Source of the DNA: Batkoa obscura
Lineage: Eukaryota
Assembly: GCA_030770535.1 (NCBI GenBank)
Contig: JASVEC010000017.1
Location: 248,001 to 312,000, forward strand
Direction: 5' to 3'
DNA: 64,000 nucleotides
In this document: positions 12,396 through 26,441 of the stretch, piece by piece
How positions within the stretch are numbered: the stretch's first letter is position 1
How the letters are laid out: each line of letters opens with the position of its first letter
Translations under genes and position numbers: made by a program
The notes under the pieces: model-generated
Databases searched by the model: none
Told to the model about the DNA's origin: nothing
The model's input: only the letters and a program-made list of their open reading frames with translations

Positions 12396-13889
12396 TTATT
12401 GCTCCAATGTACCAAATAAAGCGTATTTAATAGCTTCATTAAACAATGCATTGGTCATTTCAACATTGACTTTATTACTACATAATAAATTAGTTATAAT
12501 TTTAAAAACTTGAAAAAAACTATACCTTTCTTTAATAACTTTACTTAATGGCCCCTCAATTTTCTCTTCTTTATTTTTACTTTCATTATCACTACCTTCT
12601 TTCTTTTCCTCTTTTCCCTCTTTAATCTCAACGATACCCAAACTTTTTTCATAAGCTGTAATATGTTCTATTTCGCTATTAAAACTTTTTATATGCTCAA
12701 AGGTGTTATCATTATATCGATATTTTATTTCATCCTTTAAATTAACAATCTGTTTATCAAAAAAGTCTTGATTCTATGAAGTAACATTTAAATTAAACAA
12801 TTGATTCTTATTACTATTTAATTTACCGAAAATACAGTTGAAGTGGATAATATATTCATCCAATATTTATCCCATAATTTGGCAATTATTTCTTCATCTT
12901 GACTTGATTTAAAATATTCGACACTTAATGGGTAATATCTATTAAATTTTTAATATGTTAATTACTCTTTAAATATAACCAATTTACTCTCCAGCATGCA
13001 CACCAAAATCTTCAATTTTTTCTACTGGAATAGCTTGAAACTCGGTTTCCCTTTGGTTTTCTGGAGTATAACCCTGTGATAATATTACGCCATCAATTCC
13101 ATAATTTATTATCAAATACTTACCGCTGGATAAGTTCTAAATGCTCCGATTTCTACTTTACCAGCTGATGAAGAACGTACGGGATCAACCTGAGAATTGG
13201 TCATTACAATAAAATTTAAATTTTAAAAGACTTACCACCACAGCTAAAAAAGGGTCTTGAAACTGTTGATTCAATTTCTGTGTAGTGACATCAATACCGG
13301 ATAACCAACAACCATATCCAGGATGAGAATGATACCATCCAACAGCATTTTCAAGTCTACCTGACTATCATAAATTTGAATTTAAATTATTTTTTTATAA
13401 TTTTAAATAAATTATTCTTACCTCTTTAATATTGGTCAAATACTCAATAAGATATTCGTTACCCTCAGATTGGGCATTAACTCTAGTTTCAGTACCTTCA
13501 ACAGGCAATGCAAATGCGTCTACTACTATTAACTCACGGCCTATTACTTTACCTTGCATAATGCCCATTACTTCAATATTGCCACCTTCTTTAGCATGAG
13601 TCAGCTTTTAGATTATTAATCATCAATCTTTTATCTTTCACTTAAATTTAATTACCATCTTTATTAAAGCTTGAGTGGATATTTTTACATTTTGAAAATA
13701 GTTTGGGCTAGGAAATTATTAATAAATTGAATTTAAAATTGTAAAATAATAATACTCTTTGTTCCATGGTTTTTGAGAAAAGATAGCATCTTGTTCATGT
13801 TTATTATATCGAAACATGAGTTCATCGTCTAACTTTATTTCATTTTCAAATTGTAAATTTTGATATGCTAATTCACTATCTATTAACAT
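12396..13889 (-). CDS. CSN5: COP9 signalosome subunit 5 (JAMM deneddylase), multi-exon
   Basis: Exons encode [57 protein letters not shown] and [13 protein letters not shown]. Confidence 0.95.
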
Positions 13890-14028
13890 TTCTAATAATT
13901 AAAAATAAAAAAATAAATAAAAAAACGTCATTTTTTTGATTTTTTTAAGCTTATTTTCTGCAAAATCAAGATTAAAACAAAAGTTGAATTAATCTAACTC
14001 CTTTATTTTCCACCAATTTTAACTCAAT

Positions 14029-15522
14029 ATGGAACAATCCAGCAGCGTCCTTAACTTTGAACAAGAAGTAACAGCCCTCGAACAAGAAGCTTCCAACCTC
14101 AAAATCAAACAAAAACCAACCAGTCAAAATGTGAAAAGTGCCATTAAATTAATTAAAGCAAATATTCACACTTTACAACCCAGTGCCAATAGTTTAGTAT
14201 GGTCTGAAGAACGTATTATTATTGATTTGGGTTCCATGTATATCAAATTTGGTTTCTCGATTGTTTCTAAACCCCAATTGGTATTACCTGTTTATCATGA
14301 AAGATTAGAAGAACATTTAGGTTATATTGAAAAGGTAAATTCAAGAGATTGAATAGTGATGACGTTAACTAATTATACATCATATTTAGTATCTTGGATT
14401 TTATTCTACACGATTTAATGAATTGGTGGAAAGTTTAGGAGGAGAATACCTATTTTATGATAAATTATATTTTATATTTAGTTTATTATTTGGTATTCAA
14501 ATAGCCAATGCAGCCCATCGTAAAAGATTATTGATTCTAGAAAATGTTTATCTACCTTTACAATTTAAAAGACTAATTGCTACAGTTCTATTGGAAAAGT
14601 TTCAGGTATGTTCTTTTAAAATAAGTTAATTTTATGGTTTGTTGATTACTGTTCTTAGGTGGCTTCTATTTCTTTTTTAAATACTCAATTGAGTGCACTT
14701 TTAAGTAGTGGTGAAAGTGAGGGTATCGTGATTGATGTGGGTAATTTAGAAACCACTGTAGTTGTAGTTAGCGATGGTAGAGTATTAAATAATTATACAG
14801 TTACCAGTCCATTAGCAGGAAAAAGGGTAACAGAACATTTAAAACAATTATTGTTAAGTTATAGTGAGTTATATGATGAATCTGGAAATGAAGTGAAATT
14901 AGAAAGTGAAATGTTAAGTGTCAAATTTATGGAAGAATTTAAATTAAGATATTTGACTATAAGTAAACAATTAAATGAAAATAAACAAATGAATATACAA
15001 TCAACAGAGTATGAAGAGTATTATCAAAGTATGACCAAGATTAAAAATAGTTCCATTTCATTAAAATATCAAAATCAAAATTATAAATTATTAGTTCCAG
15101 GATGGATACGTGAGTTTACCTATGATTGTTTATTTAATGATAATGAATATCCTGATGAATTAAGTCCTTCTACAGCTTTATTACAAGTATTAAAAAAATT
15201 GCCTATGGATTTAAAAAAATTAAGTAGTAAAATATTATTATGTGGTGGTATTACTAATCAAGTGAATTTTAATTATCGATTTTTAAAACAAGTTATGGAA
15301 TCATTAAGTCATAACAATAGATATGAAAATATTCAATATTTAATTAATTATATTCAATTATTAAATAGTAATAAAATATTTAATAATGCTCATTTACCTT
15401 GGGTTGGTGCTTCAATTGCTACTAATATTCGTTCAATTCAAGATGATATTTTATTAGAACATTATGAACAGAATAATAATAATATAATTATTCCAGATTG
15501 GATTAATAAAAATTTAAAATAA
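14029..15522 (+). CDS. Actin-related protein (Arp10/Arp11 dynactin-like), 3 exons
   Basis: IIIDLGSMYIKFGFS, GIVIDVGNLET, ILLCGG and WVGASIA actin-fold motifs; introns ~14334-14389 and 14606-14658. Confidence 0.8.
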
Positions 15523-15567
15523 ATAAATATTATATTATTATTATTATTAAATTTATATTATTATGTT

Positions 15568-17426
15568 TTATTTTTTTAATGTAACTTCATTTGTATCATT
15601 ATCGATAGTAGTATAATGATATAAAATTGATAATAATTTTTGTTTCATACCAACCTTATTATCATACATTAAATTAAAATGATTTAAAATATCATTAACA
15701 TTAGGACGAGTAGGTAAATCGTTATTCATAATAAAATTCAATACTTGATTAACGTTAGGAAGACCATATCTTTGATGTGGATATTGATCATAGCTAACAA
15801 CTTTTCCTTTATATGAATTTAATTCTAAAGCATCAAAATTTACTTGTGTAAAATATTTTTTTAAGATTTCTTTTTCATCAGTGGTCATTATATCATTGGG
15901 CTTCCAATTAGGTTTTCCTGAATCTTTACGAATTAATTTGCTTTCAACTCCTTCCGCAAAATCATGATCTTCCTATTTAATTAATTAATTAATTAATTAA
16001 TTATTATTACATTAAATAATTTATTAATTACCAAAAACTTTTGTCCAAGATGATATTCCAAATTAAAAGCTTGAGCAAATCCTAATTCTTTACCTTCACG
16101 TAATTGCTCTCTAGTTACCTATAATAAATAAATTTAATATCATTTACTCTTTGCTGTTTACTAACAATAATCCCTTACAATTAAACTAGTAGGTGATGAA
16201 TCCTTTAATATTTGGATAGTTTTTTTAGCCCATTCTACATGTTCTTTTTCATTTTCTAATTCCTTAATGATTTCTTTAATTGAACTTGGTTTAAAACATC
16301 TATTATTATTATTATATTAATATTCAATTATTAATCAATTATTAAATATAAAATATTACCTATTAATGGAATTAATATAAGGTTCTAAACCAAAATTCAC
16401 ATCATCATCATATTCAGCAACAAAATCTTCAATAGCTAAATTAACCACATCTAAATCAGAAGAATCCAGCTCATTAAGTCTTTCTTCTAAAATAGGAATT
16501 CTTTCTGAAGGTACATAATGGGTAGCAATACCTGCAATAAATACATCTCTACCGGTTAAACGATGTCCAGTAAGACCTAAATAAGTACCTAATTCCCCAT
16601 CTAATCGTGGTAAAAAGAAAGTACCACCAACATCAGGGAATAATCCAATACTACATTCTGGCATGGCAAACACTGTTTTTTCAGTAGCAATACGGAAAGG
16701 TGCATGAACACTGATACCTACCCCTCCTCCCATGGTAATACCATCCATAATGGCTACAAAAGGTGTATTTAAGGTACCAATTTTATGATTTAATTGGTAT
16801 TCTTCTTTAAAGAAAGTAGCACCATTAGTATCTTTGTTTTTTGCACTGGATGCTAAAGCTTTAATATCGCCACCACTACAAAAGGCTTTGGGGTGGTTGC
16901 TTTTGAGTAAAATTACTTTACATAAATCACTCTGCTCCCAAGACTAAAAATAAGTAAGTTTAAAACATTAAGATTATTTTATAAATTAGTTTGTACTTAC
17001 TTCTAATTGTGGTGCCATATTTCTTATCATATTTAAATTTAAAGCATTAAATGCTGCTCCTCGATTTAATATAAAAGTTCTACCAGTACCTTGCTTACGA
17101 TGTAACACTTCAGGCTAATTATACTGTTTTAATATTTATAGCTTATTGATTAATTAATTCAATTACCTGTTTTGGTTCAACTACTTGACTCAATTTAACA
17201 CCTTCTTCTTTAGTATTGTTACTAGAATACTAATTTTATTGAATATTAATAAGTCTATATATAGTCATTAAATTTGACTTACATTATTTTTTTGACTCAT
17301 ATTATTGGAAATTAAAGCTAATCTATTGTTGGCGTTAGTTAGTAATAATCTATTACTATTAGGTAACATTTGTTTGATTGATGGTTTATAGACTCTTTTT
17401 AAATTGGATCTTAAGATTAAACTCAT
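15568..17426 (-). CDS. EHD3: 3-hydroxyisobutyryl-CoA hydrolase, mitochondrial, multi-exon
   Basis: AFCSGGDI, MDGITMGGGVGISVHAPFRIATEKTVFAMPE and DFAEGVESKLI; basic presequence-like N-terminus. Confidence 0.92.
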
Positions 17427-18139
17427 TTCTATGGAATTTTAATATTAAAAAAAAGTTTGCTCTTGTTTTATATAATTTTTTCTTATATTCTTATTTTGGT
17501 TTTATATTTTTTTAAATTCCACCAATAATATTTCTAATTTAGTTTTATGTCCAAGTTTCAATCCCTTTTTTATTGAGTTACGAAATCGAAATTTTGTCTA
17601 TTTTTATAGTAAGTTTCTATATAAAAATAGTAATACAAATAAAAGTCATTAAAAATTAATTACAATCTGACTATTTATTTCTTTTTGGTAATTTAAGAGT
17701 TAAATTTAATTGTTTATTATTCAATAGTGTATGCTAAGTAGTGTTAAAGTAATATTAATTGCTATGTTTTAAACTAAACTTATTGTTAATGATAATGTGA
17801 TATAAAAGATAACTTAATAATAATAATAGTAAACTAATTTTAAAAATAATATTTAATCGAATGTAACATTACAATATAAAAACCATCAGTTAAATTATTA
17901 AGATGGTTATTTATTTAATGTGTATTAAATAATAAATGTATACCTTTCATTTATTCAATGAGCTAAAATAGAAAGAAAAAGACATAATATAAATAATAAT
18001 TATGGTTAAAAAAAACTAATAAATTGTATTGTAAAAAAAAGGTAAATTTGCTTTAATTTCTACTTATATAAAATCATAAACTAAGTTAGTGAATAACACC
18101 ACACATAAAATTTTCACAAAAGTATCACCTTATCCATCC

Positions 18140-18187
18140 TCCTCAACTCCTCAACTCCTCAACTCCTCAACTCCCCAACTCCTCAAC
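18140..18187. repeat. (CTCCTCAA)n minisatellite in the PHF5A 3' UTR
   Basis: About 6 tandem 8-mers. Confidence 0.85.
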
Positions 18188-18191
18188 TTTT

Positions 18192-18709
18192 CTATTCTGC
18201 TTTTTTAAACCCTAAAAAGTAATTAACATATCATTAATATTTTCAATAAAAATCAAAAAATCAACTCCTTACCATATTTCTTTCTTTCATAAAATAAATC
18301 CGTTTTACTTGATCCTAAATTAACAATCTTTGGACATCCATCTCGATCTTTTTCTTGAATAGTACACTCTTTACAATAATAAGCATCACTTATACCCGCC
18401 CCTCCACAGATCACACACCTACCCGAAAAAGAGCCATAATTGCATTCGTCACAAATATTTACTAAGGTGGCGGGGCGTACTAATGAATCACAAATAACGC
18501 ACTTGCCATCACCTATAGAGAGAGATTAGGGAGATTAGTAAATTGATATCAGGAATTGGGGTGGGTTATTACATTTTTCACATAATCGACCAATGGCTAA
18601 AGGAAGAGTCAAATAATTTAAAGAATACTCTATATAATTTAATTATATTATAATTACCTATACCAGGTTGCTTACGGCACATGATTAAATCTGGATGATG
18701 TTTGGACAT
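18192..18709 (-). CDS. RDS3: PHF5A/Rds3 SF3b subunit, 4 exons
   Basis: [34 protein letters not shown] and [16 protein letters not shown]. Confidence 0.96.
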
Positions 18710-18883
18710 TTTTTATTTTATTGTATTATTAAATTAAAAACAATTCAAATTCAAGTTTTTTTTTCAAAATTTTAAAATTGAACTAAGATTTCAAAATTTT
18801 TATTGGTTAAGGGTAAGTTATAATTACAGCTAAGTTTGCAATGATAAAATTTAAAATAAAAAAAATTCTGTTTAAACATTAAA

Positions 18884-20605
18884 ATGTCAAAAGGACGAGA
18901 TAAAAAAGCAAATGTAAGTCAATCAATCAGGTAATAAATATTAAATAGAAGTACTAAATTTCTTCGTTTAAGTATCAAGAAGGTAAAGAAATAGGAAGAA
19001 GTAAAAGAAACAATAATAATAATGCCAAAAAAGTAATTAACAACTAAAGCCAATTTATTTTACAATTAACTTTCTAATTAGCCGATAAAAAAGAAATCCA
19101 GTCGAAATTCCCCTTCTTCCTCTGAAGGTTCAGAAGAAGACACATATACCATGATAGAATCTTTTCTAAGTCCATTAAATTTAATGCTTTTGGATGTATC
19201 AGGTGATGGTAACTGCTTATTTCGCTCATTAAGCGATCAATTATATGGTAATGTAGAACAACATGGAGAAATTCGAAAGGAAATTTGTGATTATTTGTTA
19301 GAAAATTCAAAGGAATTTGAATTGTTTTTTAGTGAAGAAGAAACATTTGAGGATCATTTAACTCGAATGAGAAATGAAGGTACCTTTGGTGGAAATGTAG
19401 AACTAGTTGCTTTTGCTAGAAAATTTAAAGTTAAAGTTAATATTTATCAAGAGGATGGGAATGTAATGAGAATTGATTTTGACAACAAGAATGATGACAA
19501 TATGGAGGAGATTAAAACTTTGCATATTGCGTAAGTTTATTTATTTTTTATTTAGTTTATTATTGATGAGTAAATTTAGTTATCATTCGTGGGAACATTA
19601 TTCTTCTATTAGGAATAAAGATGGACCATTTGAAGGATTACCAAATATTAAAGTAAATTGTTTTTATTACTAATATAATATAATACTTATTTATAGATTA
19701 AAACACTAAACAATGATAACAAAGGGAAAAAAGAATCAGACAAAACGTCAGAAACTAATCAAGAATTTGAAAACTCAAAAGAAGATAGTTGCAATGATGA
19801 AGAATACAAACAAGAAATAACAAAAAAATCGGAAAGAAAACCGATGAACCATTATACAAAGAAAGGCACTTTAAATAAAAGAATATTAAATCAAATTGAT
19901 AAAATTAAAGTCAGCACTGGCTTTAAAGATGATGATATAATTTTAAAGCTGTTGGAAGAACATAAAAACAATGGAAGAAAAGTAATTCAACATATTAAAA
20001 AGAATAAGTTTTTGGAAAATAAAGTAGATAGTACTACTGTTGCTGAGGTGACTGAACAAACGAATGAGAATGTAAAGAGAAACGTGGATGAAGATGTAAA
20101 AGACAATACAAATGAGACTGTAAAGGATGATACTGATGAGAGTAAAGAAATGGATAACGATGAATTAATTGATGTAAATAACGGTAATATTAATATAAAT
20201 ATGGATAAATATATAAATAAATTGAAACAATTAACTTTAGACAATACACAAAACAACAATAATCAAACTAATTTATCATCTGATATTCAAATTGATAATA
20301 ATAACAATGATCAAACTAATAAATTAGAAGAGAATATTGATATTGATATTGATATTGATATTGATATTGATAGCAAAGTAGAGGATACTATTGTAAAAAA
20401 AAAAGAGACAGAGACAGAGACAGAGACAGAGACAGAGAGTAAATCAATCAATTCAAAGAAAACAAAACGAAATAAAAAAGAAGATAAATCTATTTTAAAA
20501 GCAAGAAAAAGGAAAGAAAAACACTGTGAAAAAATAGATAATTCAAAAGGAGTATTAAAAAAGGAAGAGGAAAAAAGTAATAGTTTAAAATTTATTGATA
20601 TTTAA
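18884..20605 (+). CDS. OTU-domain deubiquitinase (OTUD3-like) with low-complexity C-terminus, multi-exon
   Basis: GDGNCLFRSLSDQL, GTFGGNVEL and YHSWEHYSS catalytic motifs; (ID)n and (ET)n coding microsatellites. Confidence 0.9.
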
Positions 20606-20703
20606 ATGTTTTAGCTTATCTTATTTTTAATTAAATCTACTTTTAAAAATTTAAAAATTTAAAAATTTATCTTTTATTTTGTATATTTTCTAAATAAAAA
20701 ACA

Positions 20704-22062
20704 CTAAATTTTACGTCTACGTGGACCATCTACTTTCTCTTTTGAAGCACTACTTTTATCTTCATTTTCTTTTTTATCACTTTCTTCTTTTTTTTTATTT
20801 TTACTTTCTTCATCGGCTTCAAAAGCAAACAACTCTTTAATTTGATTTTTACTAAAAGCTACAATTAATGGAGCAGCAATACAAGCAGGAGAAAGGTATA
20901 ATAAAGCAGGTTGAGCAGCTTTAAAAGTATGCATAACAAATATAGTAGTACCTAGACCAAGTACATAAGCAGTCAAACCAGCTGTAAAATAAGGCTTCGA
21001 AAATTTAGCTTGTGTTGGTTTTTTTTGTAATAATTTTAAATTCACACTATCTTTATTTTTAGCTTTTTCTGCTTCAATAGCTAAATGACGATCAAAGGCT
21101 AAACATAAAGCTACAAAGATACCTAAATTAAAATTAGAATTGTTATTTACTATAATATTATAAAACTAGTTTCTAATTTAATCTTACCAGGCATAACAAT
21201 ATCACCTAAACCTAACAAAGTGAAAGACAATTTTTCACCAGTAATTAAAGGGGAAAAAGATTTTGGCCATAAAAGTTTAATTGGAGCATCAAATTTGGTA
21301 GCAACAGTGACCATAACTTCAGTACCAAATACCCAAAAGATATCATAAATAAATAAACCAGCTAATAATATCATTCCTGTTTTGAAGGAATCTAATTGAA
21401 TTAATTGAATTGCTGACATGGAAAATGCTACTCCAAAAAAGTTATTTGCTATCCAATTTTTGGTGAGTAAATAGTAAGCGGTGATTCCAATGGAGATGAC
21501 AAAGTTAACAATGTGACTGTAATCAAATTTAAATTTTAATAAATCTAAATTTAAAAAATAATCAATTTTGTTTCATATCAAAAAATAACTTAAAGAAAAT
21601 TCCTACCTTTTCCATCATGATTTAAATTAAATTTAAAAGGAATCAAGTTCAATTGTAACGTATGTTTAGTAATCAAAGATAACAATTTAGTTAATGAAAA
21701 GCAACCAGCTATTGCAATATAAGCTGATAACAAATAATTGATATATTCCTTATTGATATATTTAAATAAAAGGTAAAGACCAAATAATGCACCTGAACCA
21801 TAAATTGGAAACATATAAGCATCTTCAGAGGAGATAGATTCACTTTCTTCTTCATCTTCACTATCTTCATCACTGTCTTCATCGTCTTTATTTGATTTTT
21901 TTTCACTCTTGGAAGTCTAGAAAATTAGGTTAATAAGGGAATTAGATCATTGTTATTTGAACTTACTTTAATTTTTTTTAAGGCTACATTGGAACCAATA
22001 TAAACAATACTACTTGCCATAGTACCTATAGCGGCATAAGCCATCAAAATTGAATCCGACAT
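20704..22062 (-). CDS. Signal peptide peptidase (A22B, HM13-like), multi-exon
   Basis: YDIFWVF, LGLGDIV and QPALLYL motifs. Confidence 0.95.
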
Positions 22063-23036
22063 ATTTATATATATAAAATTATATAAAAAAGAAGTTTGGT
22101 TGTTATAAAGTTAGAATTTATATTAAAATCAAACTTAATTTTTTGACGTTTTTTTCTATCCAATCAGTAAAGAACAACATTAAACTCAATTTATTATGAC
22201 TTACTATTTTTGGTGACGTTGAGTTGTCTCACATTAGATATAGCTTTTTTTGTTAGTGTTGGAGATATGTTCTTTTGTAAATAGAATATAATAAATTTGA
22301 CATTTTTAACATGAAATAACTAAATTTTTATTATCATATTTAATTAAATATAAAAGTTTCTAAGTGAGGTTAATATTTTTAAAAATAAATGAACCTAATA
22401 TTTATGTTAAAATTAACTCTATAGCATCTTTTAACCACTAAATAAAAAAATAACTAACCTATAGTAGTATAAATGATAAATAAAAGTTTAAATATATTTT
22501 ATTTGAGTTAATAAAATAAAAATGGTCTTTGTATATTAATATTAAGTTCATCAATTAAATTCTTAAGATATCATATCATTTCTACTTTTAACTAACACTG
22601 TAATGTTACAAAAAATTGCACATCGCTTTGCTTATTTATAGCTAATCTTTTATAATATAATTTCAATAGTATTTTTAATCTGAAAACTATAAATATTTTT
22701 CTAATTAAACAATAACCTTCAAGCCGTAAAAGCTCAACAAAGCTATTAATGTGTTCAATTTTATATCATTATACTTTCGTCTTTAAAAGGTGGAAACTAT
22801 TCATTGTTTCTATAATTAGGAAAATAATAATACTTGACGCTTTTATCAGTAGATTGTAATCTTTATTATAGTTAGTTTAATCTAGAATTCAGCAAAAGTG
22901 TGCTTATTTTTATTACATGTACCATCTGACGTTATTAATTTTTTAATCAATAACTCTAATAGTATCATAAAGTATTTAAAAATCATTGTTATTTAATGTA
23001 GTTCTTAGATAATTAAACATTTAATATGGAATAAAT

Positions 23037-23133
23037 GGGGATGTATTTTTTGTTTGAGAATTTTACTAACAATCTTTCCACTTAGTAGCGCTTAAAAAAT
23101 GGAAAAAATAATGAAGCTAAAAAAAACACCCCC
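23037..23133 (-). mobile_element. MITE M1 copy
   Basis: M1 consensus sequence, TSD AAAT/AAAT. Confidence 0.9.
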
Positions 23134-23234
23134 AAATTTATAAAAAATTAATTTGAATAAAAAAAATTCAATGTAAAATATTAATCGAAATCTTTTGAAG
23201 TTTTATTTAAAAACTATTAAACATTATATTTAAA

Positions 23235-24313
23235 ATTCAATCTATTAAAAACAATTAGATATTTGAAGCTATTTTTTAATTTATCAATCTACCTTTTCAA
23301 CGATCTTGCATCTTTTACCATAACAATCAGTTCCTTTGATTCCAGTGGAGATAGAACTAAAGAAGGATTAGATGCATTAATAATAAGTAATAATAAGTAA
23401 TAATAAGTAATAAATAGAATTACCATGGCGCAAATGAAGGAATAGAAGAATCACAATAATCATTGACTTTAATAAGTGATTTCTTATTATTATTATCATT
23501 AATAACTAATTTATTATCTTTCATTGTGACTTTAAATTGTTTAACTAAACGATTATTAGCATCAACTGACATGTTTAAAGTATTGACATATTCAGTAAGA
23601 GTCATTTGGAAAGAAGTTCTATCAACATTAATAATGATAATTATAATCACACTTATACTTATTATAAAACTATTACTCTTGACCAACACAAGATACATTA
23701 CTGACTTGATATTTACCTTTAGTAGGATAAGTTGGAGCAAAAGGGATCGGGCAATGGGTACCTTCTGGACAATAGAAGTCCTTATATATATAATAGTTGT
23801 CATTACCATCTAATTGCATTTGATGGTAAAAACCAAAGATAACTTCAGTAACACCGGTTTTATCTTGATGATAGAGACCTTCCATGTCTTTGATAAGAGT
23901 TTTAGCAGTAGGGCAGACAGAAGCACTAGTTACTAAACCAAATAAAGCTAAAGTAATAGTAAATTTGAAATTCATTTTTTAAAAGTCAAAGCTAATTTGT
24001 AATCTAATCCAAATTTGATACTATCTTTTTTCTTCAAATGCTGTGTTTATATACCTTTTATTTTTCAGTATCTTTATAGTTTATATTAAGTTTTTGTTAT
24101 TTTTACCTACCAAGAACATTATTAAATTATTAACATTATATTTCATAATAAGTAATTTAATACTTTATAAATTTATTATACAAATTATAATGCTTTGATT
24201 GTACATTCGATATTTATAATATATAACAAGTAATTTGATATTTTGCTTTATAAACTTATCAAATTAAATAGAAGCTTTAATTATAATATTGGCTTTCTTG
24301 GTTCATAATACTT
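23235..24313 (-). repeat. Right arm of near-identical inverted duplication
   Basis: Reverse complement of 10333-11412. Confidence 0.95.
23284..23975 (-). CDS. Second copy of the secreted 8-Cys orphan protein (one Gly>Asp change)
   Basis: Same exon/intron structure as 10671-11362; DGNGN becomes DGNDN. Confidence 0.85.
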
Positions 24314-26342
24314 ATTGTAAGGGTTTTCCGCTATTTAAATAATACTAAAAGTACTTTAACTATACCAAGAAAAAAGGAAGAAATAAAAAGCATGTTTAAA
24401 AAATATTCCATTAGCTATTCAATATGCTTTCATTAGATATTTTGGGTATCTTTTAATGTTATGAAATAGTGTTTTAATATTTAGGAATATAATATGATTT
24501 GTAATAGCTAATTGAATATTTGCAGGGTTTATATTATTTTAGTAATTTCAAAGACAATTATTTTATATAACCTATTTAATATTAATAGGTTGTTCTTTAT
24601 TATTTTTACTTTGGTTAATTGTCCTAAACTTTATACATCATTTATTTATGATTCATTATCAATTTAAAGCTTAGGACATTTTTTCATAATATTGTATCAA
24701 AGTTTCAAGCATTTATTTAAGATACCCATGTTTGACAGATACGCTAACTAAGTTTATTAATTTTTCATACGTCCTTTTCGTTCTTGTAGTTTATATAATT
24801 AAATACCATCCCATATTTTTATATTATGTCAATTTGAGAAAGTGATATAACATCATCTATTATCCAAATGTCAAAATTATAATAAATTATTTTTACCTAA
24901 TCAAAATATATCTTTTCTATAAATAAATACAAAGAATAAAGAATAACTCATATTTTAGTTAAGCCGAAGTGTAGAACTACCATCTTATTTATCCCACCTT
25001 CCTTAATATACTTGTGGTCATTGAATAAGATTAACCTATCAGATATTGCAGCATCAAATATTACATTAAACTGAAAAATAATTTCCATCTTCTAGATTTT
25101 GAACATTTAAAAGCTTTTAGAATAAAAGCTCTATTTGGATATAAATGTTATGGCTAATAGATAATATCACTCAATAACATATAATAAAATTCAAAACAAC
25201 AAAGGAATTTTGTAAATAAATAAACAAGGAGATTTTTAATATTTTGACATGTAAAAGAATAGTTGGCGTTATAGCAAATACCTTAGATTTTATCCTTTGG
25301 TAATTTTTTTGTTTTTAATATCTTTCGCTGCGTACCAGAGTAAATCTAGATTTTTAAAAGCCAAAAAATTATAAGGTTAAATTCAATTATATATACTTTG
25401 ATGTAATTTTTATAATAAAAAACCATTAGTTTTCAGTAAAAAAGAATTGTTTTCATAGCCTTAATATTATTAACATCATGATTGCTTTAATTGGGTTAAC
25501 GCCATTTTTCAATATACATTTTTAAACAAAAACCCCAATTTTAAAGTTTTGCAAATTATAGGAATGTTTAAAAATATAATTCTCCAAGAGTATCATCTAA
25601 ATCCTATATTACCTTAAATTCAATCATTAACCCCCTCAATTCTGAATGCCTTTCAGCCGTAAACCTAAATCTGGACGGCCTCTCCTTATTCAATTTCTTT
25701 CCTGGATCTTCATCTTTTAAAATTAAATAAAACTGCAATGCCTCAACATTGAATTTTTAAAAATGCTATTAAAGCGTATTGATTTGATATAATGATTCTA
25801 AAAGTGTGCCTATAATAACGTATTTTTAAGCGTGTAATAAAATATGAGTGAGTGAAAAATCTGCTCAAGTCACTAGTAATATTTTGAGAGTTTATAAAAT
25901 TTATGTAATTGGATGGGTCATATACAAAATCCGACCAATGGTCGGATTTTTCCCTAGGATCTAGTATGCTAATTTAAGTTTCTTAATACCTCTAGTGATC
26001 TTTTAATCTTAATAAATTGCTCTAAAAATGATACAGGTACTGCCACAGAATTCCCAAACAATGAGCTACTCTGGATGGTATTACTGTTGCCACTGATTAC
26101 TAAAACAATGGAATGTTTTAAATAACTTCACATTATCACATATTACCAAAGTGATAGATTGTTCTAATTATACCAACTTGTTACATACTATTAAAGTAAT
26201 ACTTTTTCTTAAATGATGTCAAGTAAAAACACTATAGTAAATTATATTATATATTAACGTCAATTGAAAATAAATGATAACTTTTTACACTTTAATTTGT
26301 TTTTTGTTCCTTTCTAAAAATTACTTAGATCGTTTACAACAT

Positions 26343-26441
26343 GGGGGTGTTTTTTTTGATTTCATTACTTTTTCCATTTTTTAAGTGTTATTTCAGCGGA
26401 AAGATTGTTAGTAAAATTCTTAAACAAAAAAATACATCCCC
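26343..26441 (+). mobile_element. MITE M1 copy
   Basis: M1 consensus sequence; flanks ACAT/ATAT. Confidence 0.9.
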
